Below are positions 36,745 to 45,385 of a stretch of DNA of 64,000 nucleotides, piece after piece. The stretch is from Chloroflexota bacterium (GTDB lineage Bacteria; Chloroflexota; Limnocylindria; Limnocylindrales; CSP1-4): positions 686,277 through 750,276 of the forward strand of contig CANJLL010000001.1 in NCBI GenBank assembly GCA_947475545.1. The letters are read 5' to 3'. A program made the position numbers and the translations under genes. The notes under the pieces are model-generated. The model did not search any database. It worked only from the letters and a program-made list of their open reading frames with translations, and was not told the origin of the DNA. Position 1 is the first letter of the stretch. The number at the start of each line of letters is the position of its first letter.

Positions 36745-38979
36745 TCAGCCCGCCTTCTTCGTCGTCCGCCGCTTCACGAAGTCCACCAGCACGTATTCGC
36801 CCAGGCGGTCCGGGGAGGAGTAGAAGGCGCGGCCCCGGTTCAGCCGCGTCATCAGCGCGACGAACTCGCCCAGGGCCCGGCTCTGCTCCAGCATGAAGGT
36901 GTTGATCGTGATCCCCTCCTTCGTGCAGCGGCCCACCTCGCGGAGCGTCTCCTGGATGGTCCGCCGCGTGGGCGGGTAGCTGAACTCCACGCGTCCGTCC
37001 TCGAAGTGTGCTGTGGGCTCGCCGTCGGTGATGACCAGGATCTCCTTGTTGGCCGCATGGCGGCGGGCCAGCATCCGGCGGGCCAGCAGCAGGCCGTGCT
37101 GCAGGTTGGTGCCGTACTCGTAGCCCTGCCACGTCAGCTCTGGCAGGATCTCGGGCCTGATCTCGCGGGCGTAGTAGGCGAAGCCCACGACGCCGAGATA
37201 GTCACGCGGGAACTGCGTCCGGATCAAAGTCTCCAGGGCGATCGCCACCTTCTTGGCGGCGAGGAAGCATCCGCGCAGGAGCATGGAGCGGCTCATGTCC
37301 AGCAGCAGGACGGTCGCGCTGTTGGTCATCTGCTCCTGGCGGTAAACCTCGAAGTCGCCGGGGGTCAGGCGCACCCCGCCGCCGGCTCGCGCCGACTCCA
37401 CGTTGCCGGGTCGGCCCAGGGCGTTGAACAGCGTCTCCCGGAGGTCCAGGGCGAACGGGTCACCGAACTCGTACGGCTTGGTGGCCTCGTCGCGGTCCCC
37501 ACCGCGCCCGGAGCGCTGCAGGCGATGCCCGCCGAACGCATCGCGCCGCAGCCCCGCGAAGAGGTCCTCCAGCACCTTCTGGCCGATCCGCCGGCTGCCG
37601 CGTGGCGTCAGCTCGAGGCGGTCACCGCGACGCTGCAGGTAGCCCGCCTCCTCCAGTCGCTGCGCGAGCCCCCCCAGCGCATCAAGCTGCCGCGCGGACT
37701 CCTCGCCGAGAAGGTCGCGCACCTGGGCGCGGTCGATGGCGGCAAGGCCTGCAGCGCCCTCGGCATCGACCAGTGCCCCCTCAAGCGCATCCATCGCCTG
37801 GAGCCGGGCAATCTGCTCGATCGCGCCGTCGATTCCCAGGGCCTCATCCCCGCCGAACGAGAAGCGCTCCCCGAGGCCCCCTGGGAGCAGCTGGTCCAGC
37901 TTGGCGCCCAGCTGGGCGAGGTCCCAGCGCAGTCGGTCGTCACGCAGGAGCTCGTCCATCGTCGACTGGAGCTCACGGCGCTGCCCGGGCGACATGGATC
38001 GGAGCAGCGATTGCATCGCGGACATCCGCTCGGCCAGCTGCGCGATGATGTCGTCGAGGGTCCGGGCGCCGGGGAAGAACCGGCCGTGCCGGGCCAGGAA
38101 CTCGGAGACCTCCGGGTCACGGCCGTTGAGGCGCCCCTCCAGGAGCGCGTTCAGGTCGCGGACCATGTCACGGTTGGCCGCGAGGTCCTCCGGGGTGACG
38201 CCCTTGATCGCGTCCGAGAGGCCCTGCACGTACTGGTCCAGCACCTGTCGCTGGAGCCTCTCGACCAGCCCGTCGAAGCGGCGGCGGGCCTCCGGCTCCA
38301 GGAAGTCGTACTCGCGAAGCCCCCGGATCTGCCCGCCCACATCGGTCGGCAGGGCATCGAGCTGCTCGCGTCGCCGCGCGGCAAGATCGCGGGCCATCTT
38401 CGCGAGGGCTGGGTCCGGCGCCGAAGGGGAGCCCGGCCGGTCGTTCGACGCCTCCGGCGAGGCATCGCCAGGGGATCCTTCCGCCGGTGCGACGTCCTCC
38501 GGCGACGGGTCACTCCGCGACGGGTCAGTCGGTGATGGGTCACCCGGTGACGCATCCGAGCCTTTCGCCCACGAGGCCTCGGCCAGGCGGCGTTCGACCC
38601 CTGCTCGTTCGGCGTCGATGATCCCCGCCAGCTCCGCGCGGGTGTCGGACAGCACGTCGCCCAGCTTGTACCGGGCGAGCAGCTCCTCCCGGCGCTTCGC
38701 GAGCCGGTCCAGAAGGTCGCGGAGACCGGCCATGTCAGGACGCGTTGGGTCGTCGTGCTGGATCCCGCGCTCCATCAGCCGACGGAGCGCGTCGCCAAGG
38801 TCACCCTCCTCGAGCAGATCCTCGGACAAGGCGTCCAGCAGCTCGTCGGCGGCCACGTCCGGGACCGCCTGGCGGCCGTCCCAGCGCGAGTAGCGGGCAG
38901 CCCGTGCCAGGGCCGCGGTCACGGCATCGGTCGGCCGGGAGCCGCCCTCCAGGTCGCCCGGATCCGGCGTCCATGCCAC
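36745..38979 (-). CDS. Large VWA-domain protein (partner of the upstream AAA+ ATPase)
   Basis: 744 aa. A long helical/acidic N-terminal region is followed by a C-terminal VWA domain with MIDAS (LLLDMSRSM ... ITDGEPT). Confidence 0.85.
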   Translation of the reverse strand: MAWTPDPGDLEGGSRPTDAVTAALARAARYSRWDGRQAVPDVAADELLDALSEDLLEEGDLGDALRRLMERGIQHDDPTRPDMAGLRDLLDRLAKRREELLARYKLGDVLSDTRAELAGIIDAERAGVERRLAEASWAKGSDASPGDPSPTDPSRSDPSPEDVAPAEGSPGDASPEASNDRPGSPSAPDPALAKMARDLAARRREQLDALPTDVGGQIRGLREYDFLEPEARRRFDGLVERLQRQVLDQYVQGLSDAIKGVTPEDLAANRDMVRDLNALLEGRLNGRDPEVSEFLARHGRFFPGARTLDDIIAQLAERMSAMQSLLRSMSPGQRRELQSTMDELLRDDRLRWDLAQLGAKLDQLLPGGLGERFSFGGDEALGIDGAIEQIARLQAMDALEGALVDAEGAAGLAAIDRAQVRDLLGEESARQLDALGGLAQRLEEAGYLQRRGDRLELTPRGSRRIGQKVLEDLFAGLRRDAFGGHRLQRSGRGGDRDEATKPYEFGDPFALDLRETLFNALGRPGNVESARAGGGVRLTPGDFEVYRQEQMTNSATVLLLDMSRSMLLRGCFLAAKKVAIALETLIRTQFPRDYLGVVGFAYYAREIRPEILPELTWQGYEYGTNLQHGLLLARRMLARRHAANKEILVITDGEPTAHFEDGRVEFSYPPTRRTIQETLREVGRCTKEGITINTFMLEQSRALGEFVALMTRLNRGRAFYSSPDRLGEYVLVDFVKRRTTKKAG

Positions 38980-39000
38980 GTCAGCGCCCGACCCGCCGGC

Positions 39001-40437
39001 TCATCGCCGGTACGTGGTCCCGTCGGCAGCGCGGTCCTTGTTGATCCGCCGCGAGAGGTGCAGGCCTTCCAGCACCAGCTCGATGGCCGAGGCGATCACC
39101 GCGTCGTCCGCCTTCCCGGTCACGCCCAGACGCCGGATGGCTACGGCCATGCCGGGGAGCTCTGGCAGGCGCCGCACGTAGTCCACCGACGGCACGCGAT
39201 CGCCGGTCTCCATGACCAGCCCGTCCTCGAACGCGGTCACGAGATCGGCCAGCACATCCACGCCCACGTGACGCCCAAACGTGGCGAACGTGGCCTTGGT
39301 GATCAGCCGCTCGACGATCCGCTCCTCGGGGACGTCGTCGCCGGCCGTCTCCAGCTCGATCTTGCCGACCGTCGACGCCATCACGGCGCCCAGGTCGGAG
39401 ATGCGCGGCGCGGCGGTCCGCTCCCCCAGCCGGACGGCCCGCTTGAGGGCGGCGGCCTCCAGGACCTCGACGTTGGCCACGGAGACTCGGACGCTGACAC
39501 CGGAGCGCTGGCTGATCTCCGGGGAGCGGCGCGCGAGATGCGACAGCTCGGCGACCAGCTCCTCCATGAACGGAGGGATCACGACCGTGGGCACGCCCTC
39601 GGAGGGCGGGAAGCGGAGCTGCTCCTGCCGGACGATCGCCACTTCCTGCGCCAGCGTCTTGGGGTAATGGGTCCGGATCTGGGAGCCCAGGCGGTCCTTG
39701 AGCGGGGTGATGATCCGGCCGCGCGAGGTGTAGTCCTCGGGGTTGGCCGAGGCGACCACGAGGAGGTCCAGCGGCAGGCGAACCTGGAACCCGCGGATCT
39801 GGACGTCGCGCTCCTCGAGGATGTTGAGCAGGCCCACCTGGATCCGCTCGGCCAGGTCCGGCAGCTCGTTGATCGCGAAGATCCCGCGATTGGCGCGCGG
39901 CACCAGGCCGTAGTGGAGGGTCAGCTCGTCGGACAGGTAGCGGCCCTCGGCCACCCGAATGGGGTCCACCTCGCCGATCAGGTCGGCGATGGTGATGTCG
40001 GGGGTGGCCAGCTTCTCGGCATAGCGGCGGTCGGCGGGGATCCACTCGATGGGGGTCTCGTCGCCCGCCTCGGCGATGAGTGCACGGGCGGCCGCGCTGA
40101 TGGGGGCGTACGGGTCGTCGTTCAGCTCCCCGCCCCTGATCGCCGGCAGCCACGGGTCCAGCAGGCCGATGAGCGCCCGCGCCATCCGTGTCTTGGCCTG
40201 GCCGCGCTCGCCAAGGAAGACAAGGTCCTGGCCGGCGAGGAGCGCGTTCTCGAGCGCGGGCAGCACGGTGTCGTCGTAGCCGACGATGCCCGGCAGGAGG
40301 GCGGCGCCCGATGCCAGCCTGGCGAGCAGGTTCGAGCGGATCTCCTCCTTGACCGTCCGGCTCTGCCAGCCGGAGGCACGCAGCTCGCCGACCGTTCGCG
40401 CGGCGGGCTGCACGGGAGCCCTGGGAGATTCGACCAC
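39001..40437 (-). CDS. ChlI/MoxR-like AAA+ ATPase (family often annotated as sigma-54-interacting or Mg-chelatase-like)
   Basis: 478 aa with a deviant Walker A FLGERGQAKT, Walker B GIFAINELPD and arginine-finger region. The stop lies 22 nt from the VWA gene start. Confidence 0.88.
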   Translation of the reverse strand: MVESPRAPVQPAARTVGELRASGWQSRTVKEEIRSNLLARLASGAALLPGIVGYDDTVLPALENALLAGQDLVFLGERGQAKTRMARALIGLLDPWLPAIRGGELNDDPYAPISAAARALIAEAGDETPIEWIPADRRYAEKLATPDITIADLIGEVDPIRVAEGRYLSDELTLHYGLVPRANRGIFAINELPDLAERIQVGLLNILEERDVQIRGFQVRLPLDLLVVASANPEDYTSRGRIITPLKDRLGSQIRTHYPKTLAQEVAIVRQEQLRFPPSEGVPTVVIPPFMEELVAELSHLARRSPEISQRSGVSVRVSVANVEVLEAAALKRAVRLGERTAAPRISDLGAVMASTVGKIELETAGDDVPEERIVERLITKATFATFGRHVGVDVLADLVTAFEDGLVMETGDRVPSVDYVRRLPELPGMAVAIRRLGVTGKADDAVIASAIELVLEGLHLSRRINKDRAADGTTYRR

Positions 40438-40523
40438 GGCAGCCTCCGGGGGACGACTGACTGATGCTGGTGGTGGCTCGGAGCCGCGAGCCTACGCCCG
40501 GGCTCCGGGACCGTCAAACGGCC

Positions 40524-41396
40524 TCAGTGCGTGCCCGGGGCGCCGGACGCGCGCGCGCTGGGCTGCCCGAGCCGAAAGCCATCCAGCGCGGTCCGGACCT
40601 CGGGCACGCTCCGGACACCGCCGGCGACGAGGCCGGCAAGGTAGGCCGCGCGGCGCTCCACCTCATGATCCAGGTCGCCCGGGCGGATCCCGATGCGCCC
40701 GGCCAGCTCCGCGGCGATCCCCCACGAGTAGTCCTCGAAGGTGTCGGTCGCCTCGTCCCACGTTGCAAGGACCGCAGGACCCATCCGCTGGACGTGCCCG
40801 CCGGGGTCGCGGGCGAGGGGCCGGACGTAGTGCGCGGCCACGACGCGGGTGACGGGCGAGCCGGGCGGGCCGGGCGGGCCGGGCGAGCCGGGCGGGCCGG
40901 CCACGGCGACCCGCCGCACCACCAGGACCAGGCCGATGAAGGTGAGCTCGTCGTCGGACAGCCGGATGTCGAGCCGGCGGAGGCGCGCGTAGACGTCCTC
41001 AAGCGTGCTGGCCTCCATGGAGGCGACGAGGCCTGCGCCGCGCGACAGCGCCTTGAACGGGACCTGCAGGGCCGGGGCGGGGGCGGCGGCCAGGTCGGGG
41101 CCCACCAGCAGGGTCGCGGCCGTGTCGGCCGCAGTGAGGCCCTCCAGGCCGCGCCCCTGGGCGTCGATCCGGACGCGGCGCAGGCCGGGGGCAGCGAGGT
41201 CTGTGAGGGCCTCGCGAACCGCCACGCGCTGGTCATGGTCGGCGGCGGCGGACACGACGATGACGGGCACGCGGGCCTCGGCAAGGAGCCAGGCGAGGGC
41301 CGCGAGCGGGCCGTCCAGCACGCGCAGGGCAAGGAGCCCGGTGACAGAAGGGTCGCCCGGATCAGCCTGAGGGGAGTCGCCTCGTGGGTTGGTCAT
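40524..41396 (-). CDS. Hypothetical protein, possibly a degenerate VirB11/CpaF-like ATPase fold lacking a P-loop
   Basis: 290-aa internal start MTNPRGD. The pattern VPVIVVSAAADHDQR sits where Walker A would be. GLVASMEASTLEDVYARLRRL resembles the His-box region. It contains an in-frame Pro/Gly repeat. Confidence 0.55.
   Translation of the reverse strand: MTNPRGDSPQADPGDPSVTGLLALRVLDGPLAALAWLLAEARVPVIVVSAAADHDQRVAVREALTDLAAPGLRRVRIDAQGRGLEGLTAADTAATLLVGPDLAAAPAPALQVPFKALSRGAGLVASMEASTLEDVYARLRRLDIRLSDDELTFIGLVLVVRRVAVAGPPGSPGPPGPPGSPVTRVVAAHYVRPLARDPGGHVQRMGPAVLATWDEATDTFEDYSWGIAAELAGRIGIRPGDLDHEVERRAAYLAGLVAGGVRSVPEVRTALDGFRLGQPSARASGAPGTH
40854..40900. repeat. Five copies of a 9-bp in-frame repeat (gggcgrgcc) encoding GPPGSPGPPGPPGSP
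   Basis: Read directly inside CDS 40524..41396. Confidence 0.85.
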
Positions 41397-41520
41397 GGCC
41401 TCGCATCCTAGCCGGTCGGCGAGAATCGACGGCGCCCGCAGGGTCGTGGCGGCGTTGAGCCGGAGGCCGCGTTGCCAGATTCCCATCGGGATGGCATTCG
41501 GTGAACCCGGGACGGCCCGG

Positions 41521-41577
41521 CCCGCCGCGCCCCCGCCCGCCGCGCCCCCGCCCGCCGCGCCCCCGCCCGCCGCGCCC
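41521..41577. repeat. About 3.7 copies of a 15-bp tandem repeat (cccgccgcgcccccg), intergenic
   Basis: Read directly. Confidence 0.9.
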
Positions 41578-41815
41578 TGAACACCACCAGACGACCACTC
41601 CGTGGGCATTTGGCGAAGAATCGACGCTGACGTCCGTCGCCCGAAGCCCGCGGCGACACCCGGCCGCCGACTCCGTCGCCCAACGCCATCGGCGTGGGAC
41701 TCTGGCAACGTTCGGGTGGCTCGGGTGGTTCAGACCTACGGCGCTGGACGCGCGTGGCGCGCGATTGGTCTTGGCGCGGGGCGCTTGCGGCGAGGGGCTC
41801 GGGCCAGCCGGGCCG

Positions 41816-42544
41816 TCAGCCCGTTCGGCCGCCCCCGCCCCCACCGATGCCACCGGGCCGCGTCGCATACGGTGGCATCGCGAGACCGGGCGGCAGGTGC
41901 GGGTCGGGTTCCGGTGCGCCAACAGCCGTCGACAGCGGGATCACGCCCGCCCAGACCGGCCACGACTCGTCGCCCGGCTCGTCCTGCGAGGGCCCGGTGC
42001 GGACCTTGGCGGATGCCTCGTCGAGCGGCGTCCAGAGCACGGAGGTCTGGCGGATCTCCTTACTGGTTGCCGGACGCAGCTGGGCCCAGCGCCCGGGGAA
42101 CAGCCGCTCCATGAACGCCTCCATGGCCGCCAGCGTCTCCGCTTCGTCCTCGACGAGCACGGCGCCGCCCAGGACCATGACGGACCGGTAGTTCATCGAG
42201 TGGTTGGTCCCCGAGCGGGCCAACACCAACCCGTCGAGCAGCGTGGCCGTGATGCAGACCCGTGCGCCCCGCTTCGTCTCTCGAACCATCCGGCTGCCGG
42301 CCGAGCCGTGCCATTAGAGCCGGTCGCCCTGCCGCCAGATCGACGTCGGCGTCACGAAGGGCTGTCCGTCAAGCACCCACCCGACATGGCCGACGATCGT
42401 CGCGTCGAGGATGGCGTCGATGGTGGCCCGGTCGTAGTGGCCGCGCTCCGCCAGGCGACGGAGCCGGACGCGATCCGTCGGCGGCTTCGCCGGCACGCGG
42501 CCCGGGGGCACCTTTGGTCCGGGATCCCGTTGGTCGGTCGACAT
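41816..42544 (-). pseudogene. Pyridoxamine 5'-phosphate oxidase-family (Pyridox_ox_2-like) gene interrupted by one in-frame TAA
   Basis: ORFs 42314..42544 and 41816..42289 are in the same frame. The junction reads WRQGDRL-TAA-WHGSAGSRMVRETKRGARVCITAT, which is contiguous in intact family members as recalled. Confidence 0.7.
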
Positions 42545-42545
42545 C

Positions 42546-43184
42546 TCAGAAGAGGAGCCGGCCCTGGCGCTGGACCAGCTCAAGCCAGGCTCGCTCGCGC
42601 CCGATCGTGGTTCCAGGGCCGTGGCCCGGGAAGACGGCCAGCGAGTCTTCGAAGCCGGCCAGCCGGCCCAGGGATTCGACCATCTGCTCGGCATTGCCGC
42701 CCGGCAGGTCCACGCGGCCCCAACCGCCGGCGAAGAGCGTGTCGCCGCTGAACAGGAGGCCCTCGTCGGCCGCCCACAGCGAGACGGAGCCCTCGGTGTG
42801 ACCGGGGGTATGCAGCGTCCGGAGCCGGATCTCGCCGAAGCGGATCTCGCCCCCTTCGGCCAGATCAACCGCAGCGACGCTGGGCGGGATGGCAAATGGC
42901 GCGACCCTGGAGCTGGGGGCCTCCAGGCGGTAGCGATCCAGCGGGTGGATGGCGATGGGCGCGCCGGTGTGCTCCGCAACGGCCGCGTTGTCGCCCATGT
43001 GATCCCAGTGGCCATGGGTGTTGATGATCAGCTTCAGCGTCCACTGGCGGGCCGCCAGCTCGTCGCGGATCCAGGCGAGGGACGGAATCGCCGTGTCGAT
43101 GGCGATGGCCTCGCGCGAGCGCGGGTCAGCGAGGATGTGGACGTTGGTGGAGAGGGGGCCGACCACCCGGGAGATCCGTTCCAT
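42546..43184 (-). CDS. MBL-fold hydrolase (glyoxalase II-like)
   Basis: 212-aa internal start MERISRV, with THGHWDHMG and TPGHTEGS motifs. Confidence 0.85.
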   Translation of the reverse strand: MERISRVVGPLSTNVHILADPRSREAIAIDTAIPSLAWIRDELAARQWTLKLIINTHGHWDHMGDNAAVAEHTGAPIAIHPLDRYRLEAPSSRVAPFAIPPSVAAVDLAEGGEIRFGEIRLRTLHTPGHTEGSVSLWAADEGLLFSGDTLFAGGWGRVDLPGGNAEQMVESLGRLAGFEDSLAVFPGHGPGTTIGRERAWLELVQRQGRLLF

Positions 43185-43593
43185 CGGCCGATTGTGGCAG
43201 GTCGGCCGCGGGCGCTGGCCGAACGTCCAATCGGGTCGGCTCGCAGCCGGGAGGGTCGGGAGGCGTGCGGTCGCCGGACGCACCGCCGGGCATGGCCGCG
43301 CCGTGGTCGCGCCGCCACGGCCCATGGGGCCCGTGGTCCTCCACCATGGCGCCGGCCGTCCGGCAAGACCCTCCCGATTGTCACCCGGGGTGGCATCCGG
43401 TGGGCCATCCCAGCCGACTGTCGGCGCCGCTGGCAATCGGGATGACCCTCGGTCGATGGTGAGCACGATGGCCCGAGGGCCGGTAGCTCCGGGTCCGTCA
43501 TTGGTCATGGTGGCTGACGTCCGGGAGGATCCGCCTGCGTCCGGCCGGGTGCCACCCCCGTCCTGGGCCGCGTCCGGCACAGCGCTGCTGGGC

Positions 43594-43665
43594 GGGGCTG
43601 AGGCGCCGCTTGGGGCCGGGGCTGAGGCGCCGCTGCGGACTGGGGCTGCGGCGCCGCCCATCGCC
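43594..43665. repeat. Three copies of a 24-bp tandem repeat (ggggctgaggcgccgcttggggcc), degenerating 3'
   Basis: Read directly within the 520-bp spacer 43185-43704. Confidence 0.85.
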
Positions 43666-43704
43666 TGGGGCCGCGCCCCAACTTGCTCGCCCGCCCCGTG
43701 GTGG

Positions 43705-44367
43705 TCAGCGCGACGCAGGCTGGCGCCCCACGCGCCGCACCGCCGCCACCGACACCAGCAGCTCCCAGGCCGACGGCACGGCCACGTACACCCGCTCCAG
43801 GAGGCCCAGCCAGGGCAGGAGCGGCCCGTACAGCGTCACGGGGACCAGCACCATGCCCACGACGACCAGCCAGCCCGTCGCGCGCGTGGGCCCGGCCCAC
43901 CCCTGCCACCGGGGATCGCGGCCCATGACCCGCGCTACCACCAGGAGCGTCACCGGCAGGCTGATCGAGTAGGCGGCGAAATTGACCAAGTGGAGCACGC
44001 CAATCAGCGAGGTCCCACGAGCCCCCGCGTCCGTGGGAAACACGGCAAAGAGAATCGTCACCACGCCCTGGAATGCCAGGAGCCGCCAGACCAGCCGCCG
44101 GTCGCGCGCGGTGGCCCCGACCACCCGCCCCATCCCAGCCGCCCAGGCCAGCCCCAGCCCGCCGCTGATCAGGAAGGCCAGCGCCTGGAGCCACCCGTTG
44201 GGGGCGTTGGCGAGCAGGCTGATGGATTGCCGGATGGGGTCGTACCCGGGCCACGTGAGCATCACGGGCACCGTCAGGCCCCACGCCAGGACCGGCGCGA
44301 GGACGCCGGCGAGGAGCAGCAGGAGAAGGGGCCGTTTGGCCCCCACGAATCCGGCGTTTTCGGCCAT
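43705..44367 (-). CDS. DUF998-like polytopic membrane protein
   Basis: 220 aa with about 6 TM helices and the motif YDPIRQSIS. Confidence 0.7.
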   Translation of the reverse strand: MAENAGFVGAKRPLLLLLLAGVLAPVLAWGLTVPVMLTWPGYDPIRQSISLLANAPNGWLQALAFLISGGLGLAWAAGMGRVVGATARDRRLVWRLLAFQGVVTILFAVFPTDAGARGTSLIGVLHLVNFAAYSISLPVTLLVVARVMGRDPRWQGWAGPTRATGWLVVVGMVLVPVTLYGPLLPWLGLLERVYVAVPSAWELLVSVAAVRRVGRQPASR

Positions 44368-44421
44368 GCGCTGATCGTCTCACGAAGGCCCAACCGGCCG
44401 CCGACCGAACGGCCCGCGTGA

Positions 44422-44450
44422 TTGGGGCCGGACGGCCCTATGTGTATACA
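44422..44450 (+). promoter_or_regulatory. Candidate promoter/operator of the nfn-kor operon (TTGGGG-17 nt-TATACA, containing the palindrome TGTATACA)
   Basis: This is the only AT-rich patch in the divergent spacer. The palindrome is at 44443-44450, about 27 nt upstream of ATG 44477. Confidence 0.3.
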
Positions 44451-44476
44451 AGCGTCGACGGCGACCCTTCTCCTCG

Positions 44477-45376
44477 ATGGTTGCTGAAGTCGTCCCCAAC
44501 GCCGTCCCATACGAGATCGTCACGAGAACCGATTTCTCGGACGTCACGTACCTGCTGGAAGTCCTCGAGCCCGACATGGCGAAGGCCGCCCATCCAGGCC
44601 AGTTCGTCATGGTCATGTCCCACGCCGAAGGTGAGCGGATCCCGCTGACCATCGCGGACTTCGACCGGGAGAGGGGCACCATCACCCTGGTGGTGCAGGC
44701 CATCGGCAAGACCACCCGCGAGATGCAGCGCGACCTGATCCAGGGCGCGCACCTTTACGCGATGGTGGGCCCCATGGGCATCCCCTCCCACATCGAGGGC
44801 GTGAAGAAGGTCATCTGCGTGGGCGGCGGCCTGGGCGTGGCCCCGGTCTACCCGCAGGCCCGCGCGTTCAAGGAGGCCGGCGCCTACGTGATCGGCGTCA
44901 TCGGCTTCCGGAACAAGGACCTTGTCTTCTGGGAGGACAAGTTCGAGTCCGTCTGCGACGAGTTCATCATCTGCTCGGACGACGGCTCCGTGGGCATCAA
45001 GGGCCTCGTCACCGAGGGCATCAAGATCGCCCTCGAGAAGCACGACGACGTGGACGAGGTCATCGCCATCGGCCCGCCGATCATGATGCGGGCCTGCTCG
45101 CAGTTCACGCAGCCGTACGGCGTCCACACCGTCGTCAGCCTCAACCCGATCATGGTCGATGGGACCGGGATGTGCGGCGGCTGCCGGGTCAAGGTGGACG
45201 GCCGGACCAGGTTCGCGTGCGTGGACGGCCCCGACTTCGACGCCCACAAGGTGGACTTCGACGACCTCATGGCTCGCCTCAAGCGGTTCCGCGAGCAGGA
45301 GAAGCAGGTTCTGGATCGCTGGGAGCAGGGTTGCCGGATCCCGGAAGCCCCCACCATGTCGACGCCCGGCGCATAG
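44477..45376 (+). CDS. NfnA/SudB-like FAD/NAD(P)-binding [2Fe-2S] oxidoreductase subunit
   Basis: 299 aa with a ferredoxin-NADP reductase-like fold (ERIPLTIAD, GGGLGVAP) and a C-terminal Cys cluster CGGCRV...C. Confidence 0.88.
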   Translation: MVAEVVPNAVPYEIVTRTDFSDVTYLLEVLEPDMAKAAHPGQFVMVMSHAEGERIPLTIADFDRERGTITLVVQAIGKTTREMQRDLIQGAHLYAMVGPMGIPSHIEGVKKVICVGGGLGVAPVYPQARAFKEAGAYVIGVIGFRNKDLVFWEDKFESVCDEFIICSDDGSVGIKGLVTEGIKIALEKHDDVDEVIAIGPPIMMRACSQFTQPYGVHTVVSLNPIMVDGTGMCGGCRVKVDGRTRFACVDGPDFDAHKVDFDDLMARLKRFREQEKQVLDRWEQGCRIPEAPTMSTPGA

Positions 45377-45385
45377 GGTCCCGCG

